Positions 30,011-39,387 of a stretch of 64,000 bases of DNA are shown here, in pieces. The position numbers and the translations under genes were made by a program. A model generated the notes under the pieces. That model made no database searches and was not told where the DNA came from. It saw only the letters and a program-made list of their open reading frames with translations. Origin of the DNA: Trypanosoma brucei (taxonomy: Eukaryota); NCBI GenBank assembly GCA_000002445.1, contig CM000208.1:512001-576000 (forward strand), written 5' to 3'. Numbering within the stretch: the first letter of the stretch is position 1; each line of letters opens with the position of its first letter.

Positions 30011-30610
30011 ATGTCCAGAAAATCTTATCTAACCGCAGTTGTAACTCGCTATGCACGTTCAATATCGAGTTCTAGCGCTTTAGATCGTTCTCTCAATCGC
30101 AACGGCTTCAAAAAGTCAGCGAAACATGAGACGACGGTTCCTCCGAGATCTTTCTTATCGTCATGCTTGAAGTTCACTCCTGTTGCATGGCTCATCCGAA
30201 ATGCCATGGGTATAGCGTTTTACCAATTAGTGTTGGAAGGCATCCTCACGGCCGTATGTTCTTTGATGCTTCTTGGGCATTACACTACAACTGCAGGCAT
30301 AAGGTCACGACTGGAGAGTTGCCATTATCCTTTCACCAGCTTCGTTGACTGGGATGGGGGCCAACACGACCAGAGTTTCACAGTTGGTCAATACCACTTG
30401 ACAGCAGAGGTGCTTACAGCGGCACACACAGCTCACAATATCGCCAGTGGATTGCTTCCTCTTCAATTAGTGGTGCTTGCGCTGACGTTCCCCGCAGCCA
30501 GGCGTGTGTGGGTTGGGGTGTCGACCCGCTCGAAGGCTCTGTGGCCCCACAAAGTTGAGGAGCAAATCTCCAACAATCCCTACGGAAAACGAAGAAACTA
30601 CCGAAGGTAA
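30011..30610 (+). CDS. Hypothetical small protein (199 aa) with predicted hydrophobic segments
   Basis: ATG at 30011 just after a polyY tract (29930-29990) + AG; hydrophobic stretches IAFYQLVLEGILTAVCSLMLLG and LLPLQLVVLALTF. No homology recognised. Confidence 0.3.
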   Translation: MSRKSYLTAVVTRYARSISSSSALDRSLNRNGFKKSAKHETTVPPRSFLSSCLKFTPVAWLIRNAMGIAFYQLVLEGILTAVCSLMLLGHYTTTAGIRSRLESCHYPFTSFVDWDGGQHDQSFTVGQYHLTAEVLTAAHTAHNIASGLLPLQLVVLALTFPAARRVWVGVSTRSKALWPHKVEEQISNNPYGKRRNYRR

Positions 30611-31260
30611 TGCACCACACCTCGCACAAAGGAATGATGTTGCGTATTTATATGTGTGCGTGTGCCAAAATAGCTATCGTGTATTAGACCACCGCTCCTG
30701 TAGACCTAACTATACGCATTGAAGTGCGATATGCGGTTGCCTCGGCGTCTATCGTTTTCCCCTTATTTGTAACCATGGGTGTATTGAGGAGCATGACCTA
30801 ATTGTTGTTGGCTCTCCACCAGCAGCTAATTAACAGGTGAGTATGAAGCACAACTGTTGGCGTCGGCGGAAGTTTTATAAATGTTAATAAAGCTTACTTT
30901 TCCATGTAAGATCTTTTCCACTCCTGTTTGGTTCTTTAGTTCCTCTTTTTTTTTTGATACGTCCCTATTTTTTTCCCCATGGGCACGTGAAAACAAAAAG
31001 GGAAACAAACATTATCAACACAACGCTTGGGAGTGGTGTGCGTTCCAATTAAGCATAGCAGGAGTCATCATTCGTTATTGGTCGTATAAAAGGGTGAAGA
31101 ATAGGTGTAGTTGCTTCGGTCCAGTGGGCAAGTGTTAGGTAGCATCAACGGTTTCCCCTTCCCTTTTGAGCGAAACAACAACAACAACAAAAAAAAAAGG
31201 CATTCGGAGAAACTGGAGGGAGTAGGTGAAGCAGGAGGCGTATCGATAGGCTGTTCGCAC

Positions 31261-32010
31261 ATGCTGTGGATTCAAATATGTACATTTGTAGTGCTTTCCA
31301 CATGTCTTCTCGTTCCTGAGGTGGTGAACGCTTGGAGCTATGGAGAGCTTCTTCCCGTTAGCTTCCACTTACGCCTGAAGCGCACAGCTGCAGCCACAGA
31401 TATTCCCAGAGGAGCAGATGATATGATTGAAGTCAAGGAAACAAAAAATAACCAGTGGCTTATTACTCGTCCGCTTCCACCGGACAACAGTCCTCGTTTT
31501 GCAATTAACACACGAGCTCACCAACCATCCACGAGGCTTTTTGAGTACGCCACCAATGCAACAAAACAAGAAGGTGGCTCTATATCAGATGTTGCTGTCC
31601 GCTTTCAAATTGAGCGTGGCCTGGCCAAATCCACTGCTTGGTACCCCCTGATGAAAACTATCATAAAAAAAATAACGACGGAAAAAAGAAAATCGAAAGT
31701 GGAACACTCAAAGGAAGAACATTATCTAGCTGGCCTCAATTTCCACTTTGGCTATCAAAGCGGAACTTTTCACAAGATTACGTCTTTCAGGGTAGAGCCA
31801 ACGTACTCCAAAGTGAAGAACAACGACCTTGAACTTCATTACCAATGGACAGAGCACCGAACATATAACCCACACATTGCTCTCTGTATATGCTCCCTAG
31901 TCGCAGTTATAGCTGCATCATCTACTTTATCACTAATATTTACAAAAAAGACACACCTTACAAAAGCATTTAGTAAGAAAGAAGTAAGAGTAAAAAATCA
32001 TAAGCAATAG
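31261..32010 (+). CDS. Hypothetical type-I membrane protein (signal peptide + C-terminal TM helix)
   Basis: The track ORF starts at a TTG at 31111; in-frame ATG at 31261 gives MLWIQICTFVVLSTCLLVPEVVNAWSYG (signal-peptide-like) and C-terminal IALCICSLVAVIAASSTLSLIFT (TM) followed by a basic tail. Confidence 0.45.
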   Translation: MLWIQICTFVVLSTCLLVPEVVNAWSYGELLPVSFHLRLKRTAAATDIPRGADDMIEVKETKNNQWLITRPLPPDNSPRFAINTRAHQPSTRLFEYATNATKQEGGSISDVAVRFQIERGLAKSTAWYPLMKTIIKKITTEKRKSKVEHSKEEHYLAGLNFHFGYQSGTFHKITSFRVEPTYSKVKNNDLELHYQWTEHRTYNPHIALCICSLVAVIAASSTLSLIFTKKTHLTKAFSKKEVRVKNHKQ

Positions 32011-32174
32011 CAAAGAAAAAAAAATAACAATATTAAAAAAAGATGAAAATATCATATCAAAAATAATAATAATATTTTACGAAAAAGAAACAAAAAATAT
32101 TTAAATATCCTTCTCCCCACGCTATTTAAGTGTTTATTAAAAGTTAACTCTCACGTGAAAGTAAAGTAACAGCC

Positions 32175-33525
32175 ATGGGAAAGGAAAAGGTGCACATGAA
32201 TCTTGTGGTGGTGGGCCACGTCGATGCCGGTAAATCCACTGCAACGGGTCACTTGATCTACAAGTGCGGTGGTATTGACAAACGTACGATCGAGAAGTTC
32301 GAGAAAGAAGCTGCCGACATTGGTAAGCGCCTCATTCAAGTACGCATGGGTGCTGGACAAGCTGAAGGCTGAGCGCGAACGTGGTATCACGATCGACATT
32401 GCACTGTGGAAATTCGAGTCACCCAAGTCTGTCTTCACTATTATTGATGCTCCTGGGCACCGTGACTTCATCAAGAACATGATCACCGGCACATCGCAAG
32501 CCGACGCAGCCATCCTCATCATTGCCTCTGCGCAGGGTGAGTTCGAGGCTGGTATCTCCAAGGATGGACAGACCCGCGAGCACGCGTTGCTGGCCTTCAC
32601 TTTGGGTGTGAAGCAGATGGTTGTGTGCTGCAACAAGATGGACGACAAGACTGTGAACTACGGACAGGAGCGGTATGACGAGATTGTGAAGGAGGTGTCT
32701 GCTTACATCAAGAAGGTTGGGTACAACGTGGAGAAGGTGCGCTTCGTCCCCATCTCCGGATGGCAGGGCGACAACATGATTGAGAAATCCGAGAAGATGC
32801 CATGGTACAAGGGTCCAACGCTCCTGGAGGCACTAGACATGCTGGAGCCACCAGTGCGTCCGAGCGACAAGCCCCTGCGTCTGCCACTGCAGGACGTGTA
32901 CAAGATCGGTGGTATTGGCACCGTGCCCGTTGGTCGTGTGGAGACCGGCGTGATGAAGCCTGGTGATGTGGTGACGTTTGCCCCCGCCAACGTGACGACC
33001 GAGGTGAAATCGATCGAGATGCACCACGAGCAGCTCGCTGAGGCGACCCCCGGTGACAACGTCGGCTTTAACGTGAAGAACGTTTCTGTAAAGGACATCC
33101 GCCGTGGCAACGTCTGCGGTAACACCAAGAACGACCCCCCAAAGGAGGCCGCCGACTTCACGGCACAGGTGATCATCCTGAACCACCCCGGACAGATTGG
33201 AAACGGTTATGCGCCCGTGCTGGACTGCCACACATCGCACATTGCCTGCAAGTTCGCGGAGATCGAGTCGAAGATCGACCGTCGCTCTGGCAAGGAGCTG
33301 GAGAAGGCTCCCAAGTCGATCAAGTCTGGCGACGCCGCGATCGTGCGCATGGTGCCGCAGAAGCCTATGTGCGTGGAGGTCTTCAACGACTACGCGCCAC
33401 TCGGCCGCTTTGCCGTGCGTGACATGCGCCAGACCGTCGCTGTCGGTATCATCAAGGCCGTGACCAAGAAGGACGGTTCTGGTGGTAAGGTGACGAAGGC
33501 TGCGGTGAAGGCTTCGAAGAAATAA
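32175..33525 (+). pseudogene. TEF1: Elongation factor 1-alpha, copy 1: disrupted by a 1-nt insertion (+1 frameshift) near codon 52 (pseudogene or sequence error)
   Basis: Copy 1 reads ccgacattggtaagCgcctcattcaag, copies 2/3 read ccgacattggtaaggcctcattcaag (extra c at ~32328). The frame-1 product stops after 65 aa (..[19 protein letters not shown]). The rest of the EF-1alpha sequence continues in another frame (track ORF 32269-33525) and is otherwise identical to copies 2/3. Confidence 0.8.
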
Positions 33526-34225
33526 ACAATGGTCCCTACCGCGTCACAGCGTATGAAGGCCACATTGCAATTTAGCGTGGGACATTGCATAAATGACGGT
33601 GGTGGGGGTCACTGTTTGAGGGCGTGTCTTAAGCTGGATTGAATGATGTGGTGACGGATCCAAGGAGGTAGAAGAGGATGTAAGGGGTATGAAGGGAAGA
33701 GAAATGGGAAAAGAGATTAAATGATATTAATAGGAAAATGAAAATGATATTTTAGTGCAAAGAAAAAACTATAACAATTAACACTGAATAACTACGGAAA
33801 AGAAAATGAATACTCAATAATAACAATAATAACCAGAATACCACGACTCTGAGCGGAGGTAGATAATATGCTGAGACGAACACAGGAAAAGAAACATAAT
33901 GAGGAGTGGTAATAAGCAATCGTAATGCATCATGATAAAATATTTGTGGGTAGATGACTGCGGAAAAACGTAACACAGCTGGGTTGGTGCTTTTGAAGGA
34001 ATGCTGTTGGCTGCTGTAACGTGAAAATAATGGTGCACCGAGTACAAACCCGCAAGGTGCAAAGGGGGAGTGCAATAAATGAGAAGCTGTAACTCCTAGG
34101 CACAGCTCGACGGTCTCTTAAGTTTGGCATTGCCTCCTCCTTGAATTGGATACGTACACACAAGCCCTTGTGCCGCCGCTTGACGGTGGTGTGGACACGT
34201 ATACCCATATGCATGTCACTGCGCC

Positions 34226-34291
34226 ACTCTTCTTTCTTCTTGTTTTTTGTTATCGTCTATTGTGCGTACTGCCGTATACGTTGTTTACTAG
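34226..34291 (+). promoter_or_regulatory. Polypyrimidine tract + AG trans-splice acceptor of EF-1alpha copy 2 (the same element recurs at 36405-36474 for copy 3)
   Basis: cactcttctttcttcttgttttttgttatcgtctattgtgcgtactgccgtatacgttgtttactag, then 60 nt of 5' UTR to the ATG at 34352. Confidence 0.6.
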
Positions 34292-34351
34292 GTCTTCGCT
34301 ATTTAAGTGTTTATTAAAAGTTAACTCTCACGTGAAAGTAAAGTAACAGCC

Positions 34352-35701
34352 ATGGGAAAGGAAAAGGTGCACATGAATCTTGTGGTGGTGGGCCACGTCG
34401 ATGCCGGTAAATCCACTGCAACGGGTCACTTGATCTACAAGTGCGGTGGTATTGACAAACGTACGATCGAGAAGTTCGAGAAAGAAGCTGCCGACATTGG
34501 TAAGGCCTCATTCAAGTACGCATGGGTGCTGGACAAGCTGAAGGCTGAGCGCGAACGTGGTATCACGATCGACATTGCACTGTGGAAATTCGAGTCACCC
34601 AAGTCTGTCTTCACTATTATTGATGCTCCTGGGCACCGTGACTTCATCAAGAACATGATCACCGGCACATCGCAAGCCGACGCAGCCATCCTCATCATTG
34701 CCTCTGCGCAGGGTGAGTTCGAGGCTGGTATCTCCAAGGATGGACAGACCCGCGAGCACGCGTTGCTGGCCTTCACTTTGGGTGTGAAGCAGATGGTTGT
34801 GTGCTGCAACAAGATGGACGACAAGACTGTGAACTACGGACAGGAGCGGTATGACGAGATTGTGAAGGAGGTGTCTGCTTACATCAAGAAGGTTGGGTAC
34901 AACGTGGAGAAGGTGCGCTTCGTCCCCATCTCCGGATGGCAGGGCGACAACATGATTGAGAAATCCGAGAAGATGCCATGGTACAAGGGTCCAACGCTCC
35001 TGGAGGCACTAGACATGCTGGAGCCACCAGTGCGTCCGAGCGACAAGCCCCTGCGTCTGCCACTGCAGGACGTGTACAAGATCGGTGGTATTGGCACCGT
35101 GCCCGTTGGTCGTGTGGAGACCGGCGTGATGAAGCCTGGTGATGTGGTGACGTTTGCCCCCGCCAACGTGACGACCGAGGTGAAATCGATCGAGATGCAC
35201 CACGAGCAGCTCGCTGAGGCGACCCCCGGTGACAACGTCGGCTTTAACGTGAAGAACGTTTCTGTAAAGGACATCCGCCGTGGCAACGTCTGCGGTAACA
35301 CCAAGAACGACCCCCCAAAGGAGGCCGCCGACTTCACGGCACAGGTGATCATCCTGAACCACCCCGGACAGATTGGAAACGGTTATGCGCCCGTGCTGGA
35401 CTGCCACACATCGCACATTGCCTGCAAGTTCGCGGAGATCGAGTCGAAGATCGACCGTCGCTCTGGCAAGGAGCTGGAGAAGGCTCCCAAGTCGATCAAG
35501 TCTGGCGACGCCGCGATCGTGCGCATGGTGCCGCAGAAGCCTATGTGCGTGGAGGTCTTCAACGACTACGCGCCACTCGGCCGCTTTGCCGTGCGTGACA
35601 TGCGCCAGACCGTCGCTGTCGGTATCATCAAGGCCGTGACCAAGAAGGACGGTTCTGGTGGTAAGGTGACGAAGGCTGCGGTGAAGGCTTCGAAGAAATA
35701 A
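34352..35701 (+). CDS. TEF1: Elongation factor 1-alpha, copy 2 (intact, 449 aa)
   Basis: [35 protein letters not shown]...; GTP-binding motifs [14 protein letters not shown] and NKMD are present. Confidence 0.97.
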
Positions 35702-36534
35702 ACAATGGTCCCTACCGCGTCACAGCGTATGAAGGCCACATTGCAATTTAGAGTGGGACATTGCATAAATGACGGTGGTGGGGGTCACTGTTTGAGGGCG
35801 TGTCTTAAGCTGGATTGAATGATGTGGTGACGGATCCAAGGAGGTAGAAGAGGATGTAAGGGGTATGAAGGGAAGAGAAATGGGAAAAGAGATTAAATGA
35901 TATTAATAGGAAAATGAAAATGATATTTTAGTGCAAAGAAAAAACTATAACAATTAACACTGAATAACTACGGAAAAGAAAATGAATACTCAATAATAAC
36001 AATAATAACCAGAATACCACGACTCTGAGCGGAGGTAGATAATATGCTGAGACGAACACAGGAAAAGAAACATAATGAGGAGTGGTAATAAGCAATCGTA
36101 ATGCATCATGATAAAATATTTGTGGGTAGATGACTGCGGAAAAACGTAACACAGCTGGGTTGGTGCTTTTGAAGGAATGCTGTTGGCTGCTGTAACGTGA
36201 AAATAATGGTGCACCGAGTACAAACCCGCAAGGTGCAAAGGGGGAGTGCAATAAATGAGAAGCTGTAACTCCTAGGCACAGCTCGACGGTCTCTTAAGTT
36301 TGGCATTGCCTCCTCCTTGAATTGGATACGTACACACAAGCCCTTGTGCCGCCGCTTGACGGTGGTGTGGACACGTATACCCATATGCATGTCACTGCGC
36401 CACTCTTCTTTCTTCTTTCTTCTTGTTTTTTGTTATCGTCTATTGTGCGTACTGCCGTATACGTTGTTTACTAGGTCTTCGCTATTTAAGTGTTTATTAA
36501 AAGTTAACTCTCACGTGAAAGTAAAGTAACAGCC

Positions 36535-37884
36535 ATGGGAAAGGAAAAGGTGCACATGAATCTTGTGGTGGTGGGCCACGTCGATGCCGGTAAATCCACT
36601 GCAACGGGTCACTTGATCTACAAGTGCGGTGGTATTGACAAACGTACGATCGAGAAGTTCGAGAAAGAAGCTGCCGACATTGGTAAGGCCTCATTCAAGT
36701 ACGCATGGGTGCTGGACAAGCTGAAGGCTGAGCGCGAACGTGGTATCACGATCGACATTGCACTGTGGAAATTCGAGTCACCCAAGTCTGTCTTCACTAT
36801 TATTGATGCTCCTGGGCACCGTGACTTCATCAAGAACATGATCACCGGCACATCGCAAGCCGACGCAGCCATCCTCATCATTGCCTCTGCGCAGGGTGAG
36901 TTCGAGGCTGGTATCTCCAAGGATGGACAGACCCGCGAGCACGCGTTGCTGGCCTTCACTTTGGGTGTGAAGCAGATGGTTGTGTGCTGCAACAAGATGG
37001 ACGACAAGACTGTGAACTACGGACAGGAGCGGTATGACGAGATTGTGAAGGAGGTGTCTGCTTACATCAAGAAGGTTGGGTACAACGTGGAGAAGGTGCG
37101 CTTCGTCCCCATCTCCGGATGGCAGGGCGACAACATGATTGAGAAATCCGAGAAGATGCCATGGTACAAGGGTCCAACGCTCCTGGAGGCACTAGACATG
37201 CTGGAGCCACCAGTGCGTCCGAGCGACAAGCCCCTGCGTCTGCCACTGCAGGACGTGTACAAGATCGGTGGTATTGGCACCGTGCCCGTTGGTCGTGTGG
37301 AGACCGGCGTGATGAAGCCTGGTGATGTGGTGACGTTTGCCCCCGCCAACGTGACGACCGAGGTGAAATCGATCGAGATGCACCACGAGCAGCTCGCTGA
37401 GGCGACCCCCGGTGACAACGTCGGCTTTAACGTGAAGAACGTTTCTGTAAAGGACATCCGCCGTGGCAACGTCTGCGGTAACACCAAGAACGACCCCCCA
37501 AAGGAGGCCGCCGACTTCACGGCACAGGTGATCATCCTGAACCACCCCGGACAGATTGGAAACGGTTATGCGCCCGTGCTGGACTGCCACACATCGCACA
37601 TTGCCTGCAAGTTCGCGGAGATCGAGTCGAAGATCGACCGTCGCTCTGGCAAGGAGCTGGAGAAGGCTCCCAAGTCGATCAAGTCTGGCGACGCCGCGAT
37701 CGTGCGCATGGTGCCGCAGAAGCCTATGTGCGTGGAGGTCTTCAACGACTACGCGCCACTCGGCCGCTTTGCCGTGCGTGACATGCGCCAGACCGTCGCT
37801 GTCGGTATCATCAAGGCCGTGACCAAGAAGGACGGTTCTGGTGGTAAGGTGACGAAGGCTGCGGTGAAGGCTTCGAAGAAATAA
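36535..37884 (+). CDS. TEF1: Elongation factor 1-alpha, copy 3 (intact, 449 aa; identical protein to copy 2)
   Basis: Identical translation to copy 2. Confidence 0.97.
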
Positions 37885-38438
37885 ACAATGGTCCCTACCG
37901 CGTCACAGCGTATGAAGGCCACATTGCAATTTAGCGTGGGACATTGCATAAATGACGGTGGTGGGGGTCACTGTTTGAGGGCGTGTCTTAAGCTGGATTG
38001 AATGATGTGGTGACGGATCCAAGGAGGTAGAAGAGGATGTAAGGGGTATGAAGGGAAGAGAAATGGGAAAAGAGATTAAATGATATTAATAGGAAAATGA
38101 AAATGATATTTTAGTGCAAAGAAAAAACTATAACAATTAACACTGAATAACTACGGAAAAGAAAATGAATACTCAATAATAACAATAATAACCAGAATAC
38201 CACGACTCTGAGCGGAGGTAGATAATATGCTGAGACGAACACAGGAAAAGAAACATAATGAGGAGTGGTAATAAGCAATCGTAATGCATCATGATAAAAT
38301 ATTTGTGGGTAGATGACTGCGGAAAAACGTAACACAGCTGGGTTGGTGCTTTTGAAGGAATGCTGTTGGCTGCTGTAACGTGAAAATAATGGTGCACCTA
38401 GTAATTTTTTTATTTTTTTCATTTTTTAGTTTTATAGT

Positions 38439-39023
38439 ATGAGTGATAGTTTTGCTTTGGATGATGCTAGGCGAATTAAGAGGCGGCGACGGCTTAGTAG
38501 GATGTCGATAGAAGGGCGTCGGCGGCAGCTTCAATATCGTCGCCGTCACAATGAACGCGATGGTCGATTGTTGTATTGTGATTATTGTGATTTGTTTGTG
38601 TGTAGTTCTCTCAGAAGCTGGGGTGAACATGTTATAAGTGAACGGCACATGGAGAATATGGAATGCTATTATGCTATGGTTGAGGCATATGAACCTTCTT
38701 GGTTGGGTAGTATTTGTGACGATGTTTCTCGTGCCCATGTTGAAAATCATGTGAGGCGTCATCAGAGTGTGTCGGGAAAGGGCTCGAGTGTCCCTATTCC
38801 TGCTGTTGTTGCTGGACGTGTTGATGATCAGGAGATAATCGTGGGTGGTTTGCCAAAACCGTCACGTACTGCTGCGGAAACTTATAATAATAGTTGCAAT
38901 ATTGCTGGTACTCCGTCGGTACGGGTTGCTGGAGTGCTTGTAGCTAGTGCTGCTCCTCCCGTGGTAAAGGTTGGTAACAAACCAGTAACGCCCACACCAC
39001 TTTCGGTCACGAAACGTGAATGA
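38439..39023 (+). CDS. Small basic protein with a U1/matrin-type C2H2 zinc finger
   Basis: 194 aa; Arg-rich N-terminus (RRIKRRRRLSRMSIEGRRRQLQYRRRH) and C-x2-C-x(12)-H-x(5)-H: YCDYCDLFVCSSLRSWGEHVISERH. The ATG lies 43 nt past the end of the EF-1alpha repeat homology. Confidence 0.55.
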   Translation: MSDSFALDDARRIKRRRRLSRMSIEGRRRQLQYRRRHNERDGRLLYCDYCDLFVCSSLRSWGEHVISERHMENMECYYAMVEAYEPSWLGSICDDVSRAHVENHVRRHQSVSGKGSSVPIPAVVAGRVDDQEIIVGGLPKPSRTAAETYNNSCNIAGTPSVRVAGVLVASAAPPVVKVGNKPVTPTPLSVTKRE

Positions 39024-39387
39024 CGTGACGGTGTAATGTTCTAAAGCAGTGATGGTGCTGACTGATGTTGTGACGTTTTTTTTTGTTTCTAGCTTGCCGT
39101 AGAATTGAGTTTCTAAATGGGGAGTTTTCAGAGTTTCTACCGTCTGTTTCTGAATTATTTTTGTATATCACCACTTTTCTATTATGTGTACTGGAATAAC
39201 TGGTTCACACTGTCGGTATCGCTTTTCCACCCTCTTATTTCCTTGCGTGTGTTTGCCGTTGTGGATCCAGGGACGTGTATTCGTCAAAAGTCTAACAGGT
39301 AGAGGGGAAGGCGCATACAGGTGCGTTCGTATCATTGGCGTTTTAACATTTTTGCTTTTTGTTCGTTTTCCTAGGTTTGTTAGCGGA

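Larger units (their letters stand above)
32118..38395 (+). repeat. Tandem array of three EF-1alpha gene units (~2.18 kb period); the copies share >700 nt of identical 3' flank
   Basis: CDS starts at 32175, 34352 and 36535 (spacing 2177/2183 nt); the flanks 33526-34351, 35702-36534 and 37885-38395 are near-identical. Homology ends at 38395, where copy 3's flank diverges. Confidence 0.92.

Noticed and set aside
32703-33240. Long minus-strand ORFs (157 and 135 aa) inside each EF-1alpha copy. Similar antisense ORFs occur inside the HK genes (e.g. 17142-17600), the kinase (21737-22373) and MVP (9485-10114).
   Set aside because: They are antisense to strongly conserved, codon-biased coding sequence. 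They have low-complexity, Arg/Ser/Thr-rich translations and no homology. GC-rich coding DNA routinely yields such open antisense frames. The polycistronic strand logic also argues against them.
38289-38762. 157-aa minus-strand ORF overlapping the zinc-finger gene start and the end of the EF-1alpha flank
   Set aside because: Thr/Ile/Asn-rich low-complexity translation. It is antisense to the GT-skewed region and reflects the compositional skew rather than a gene.
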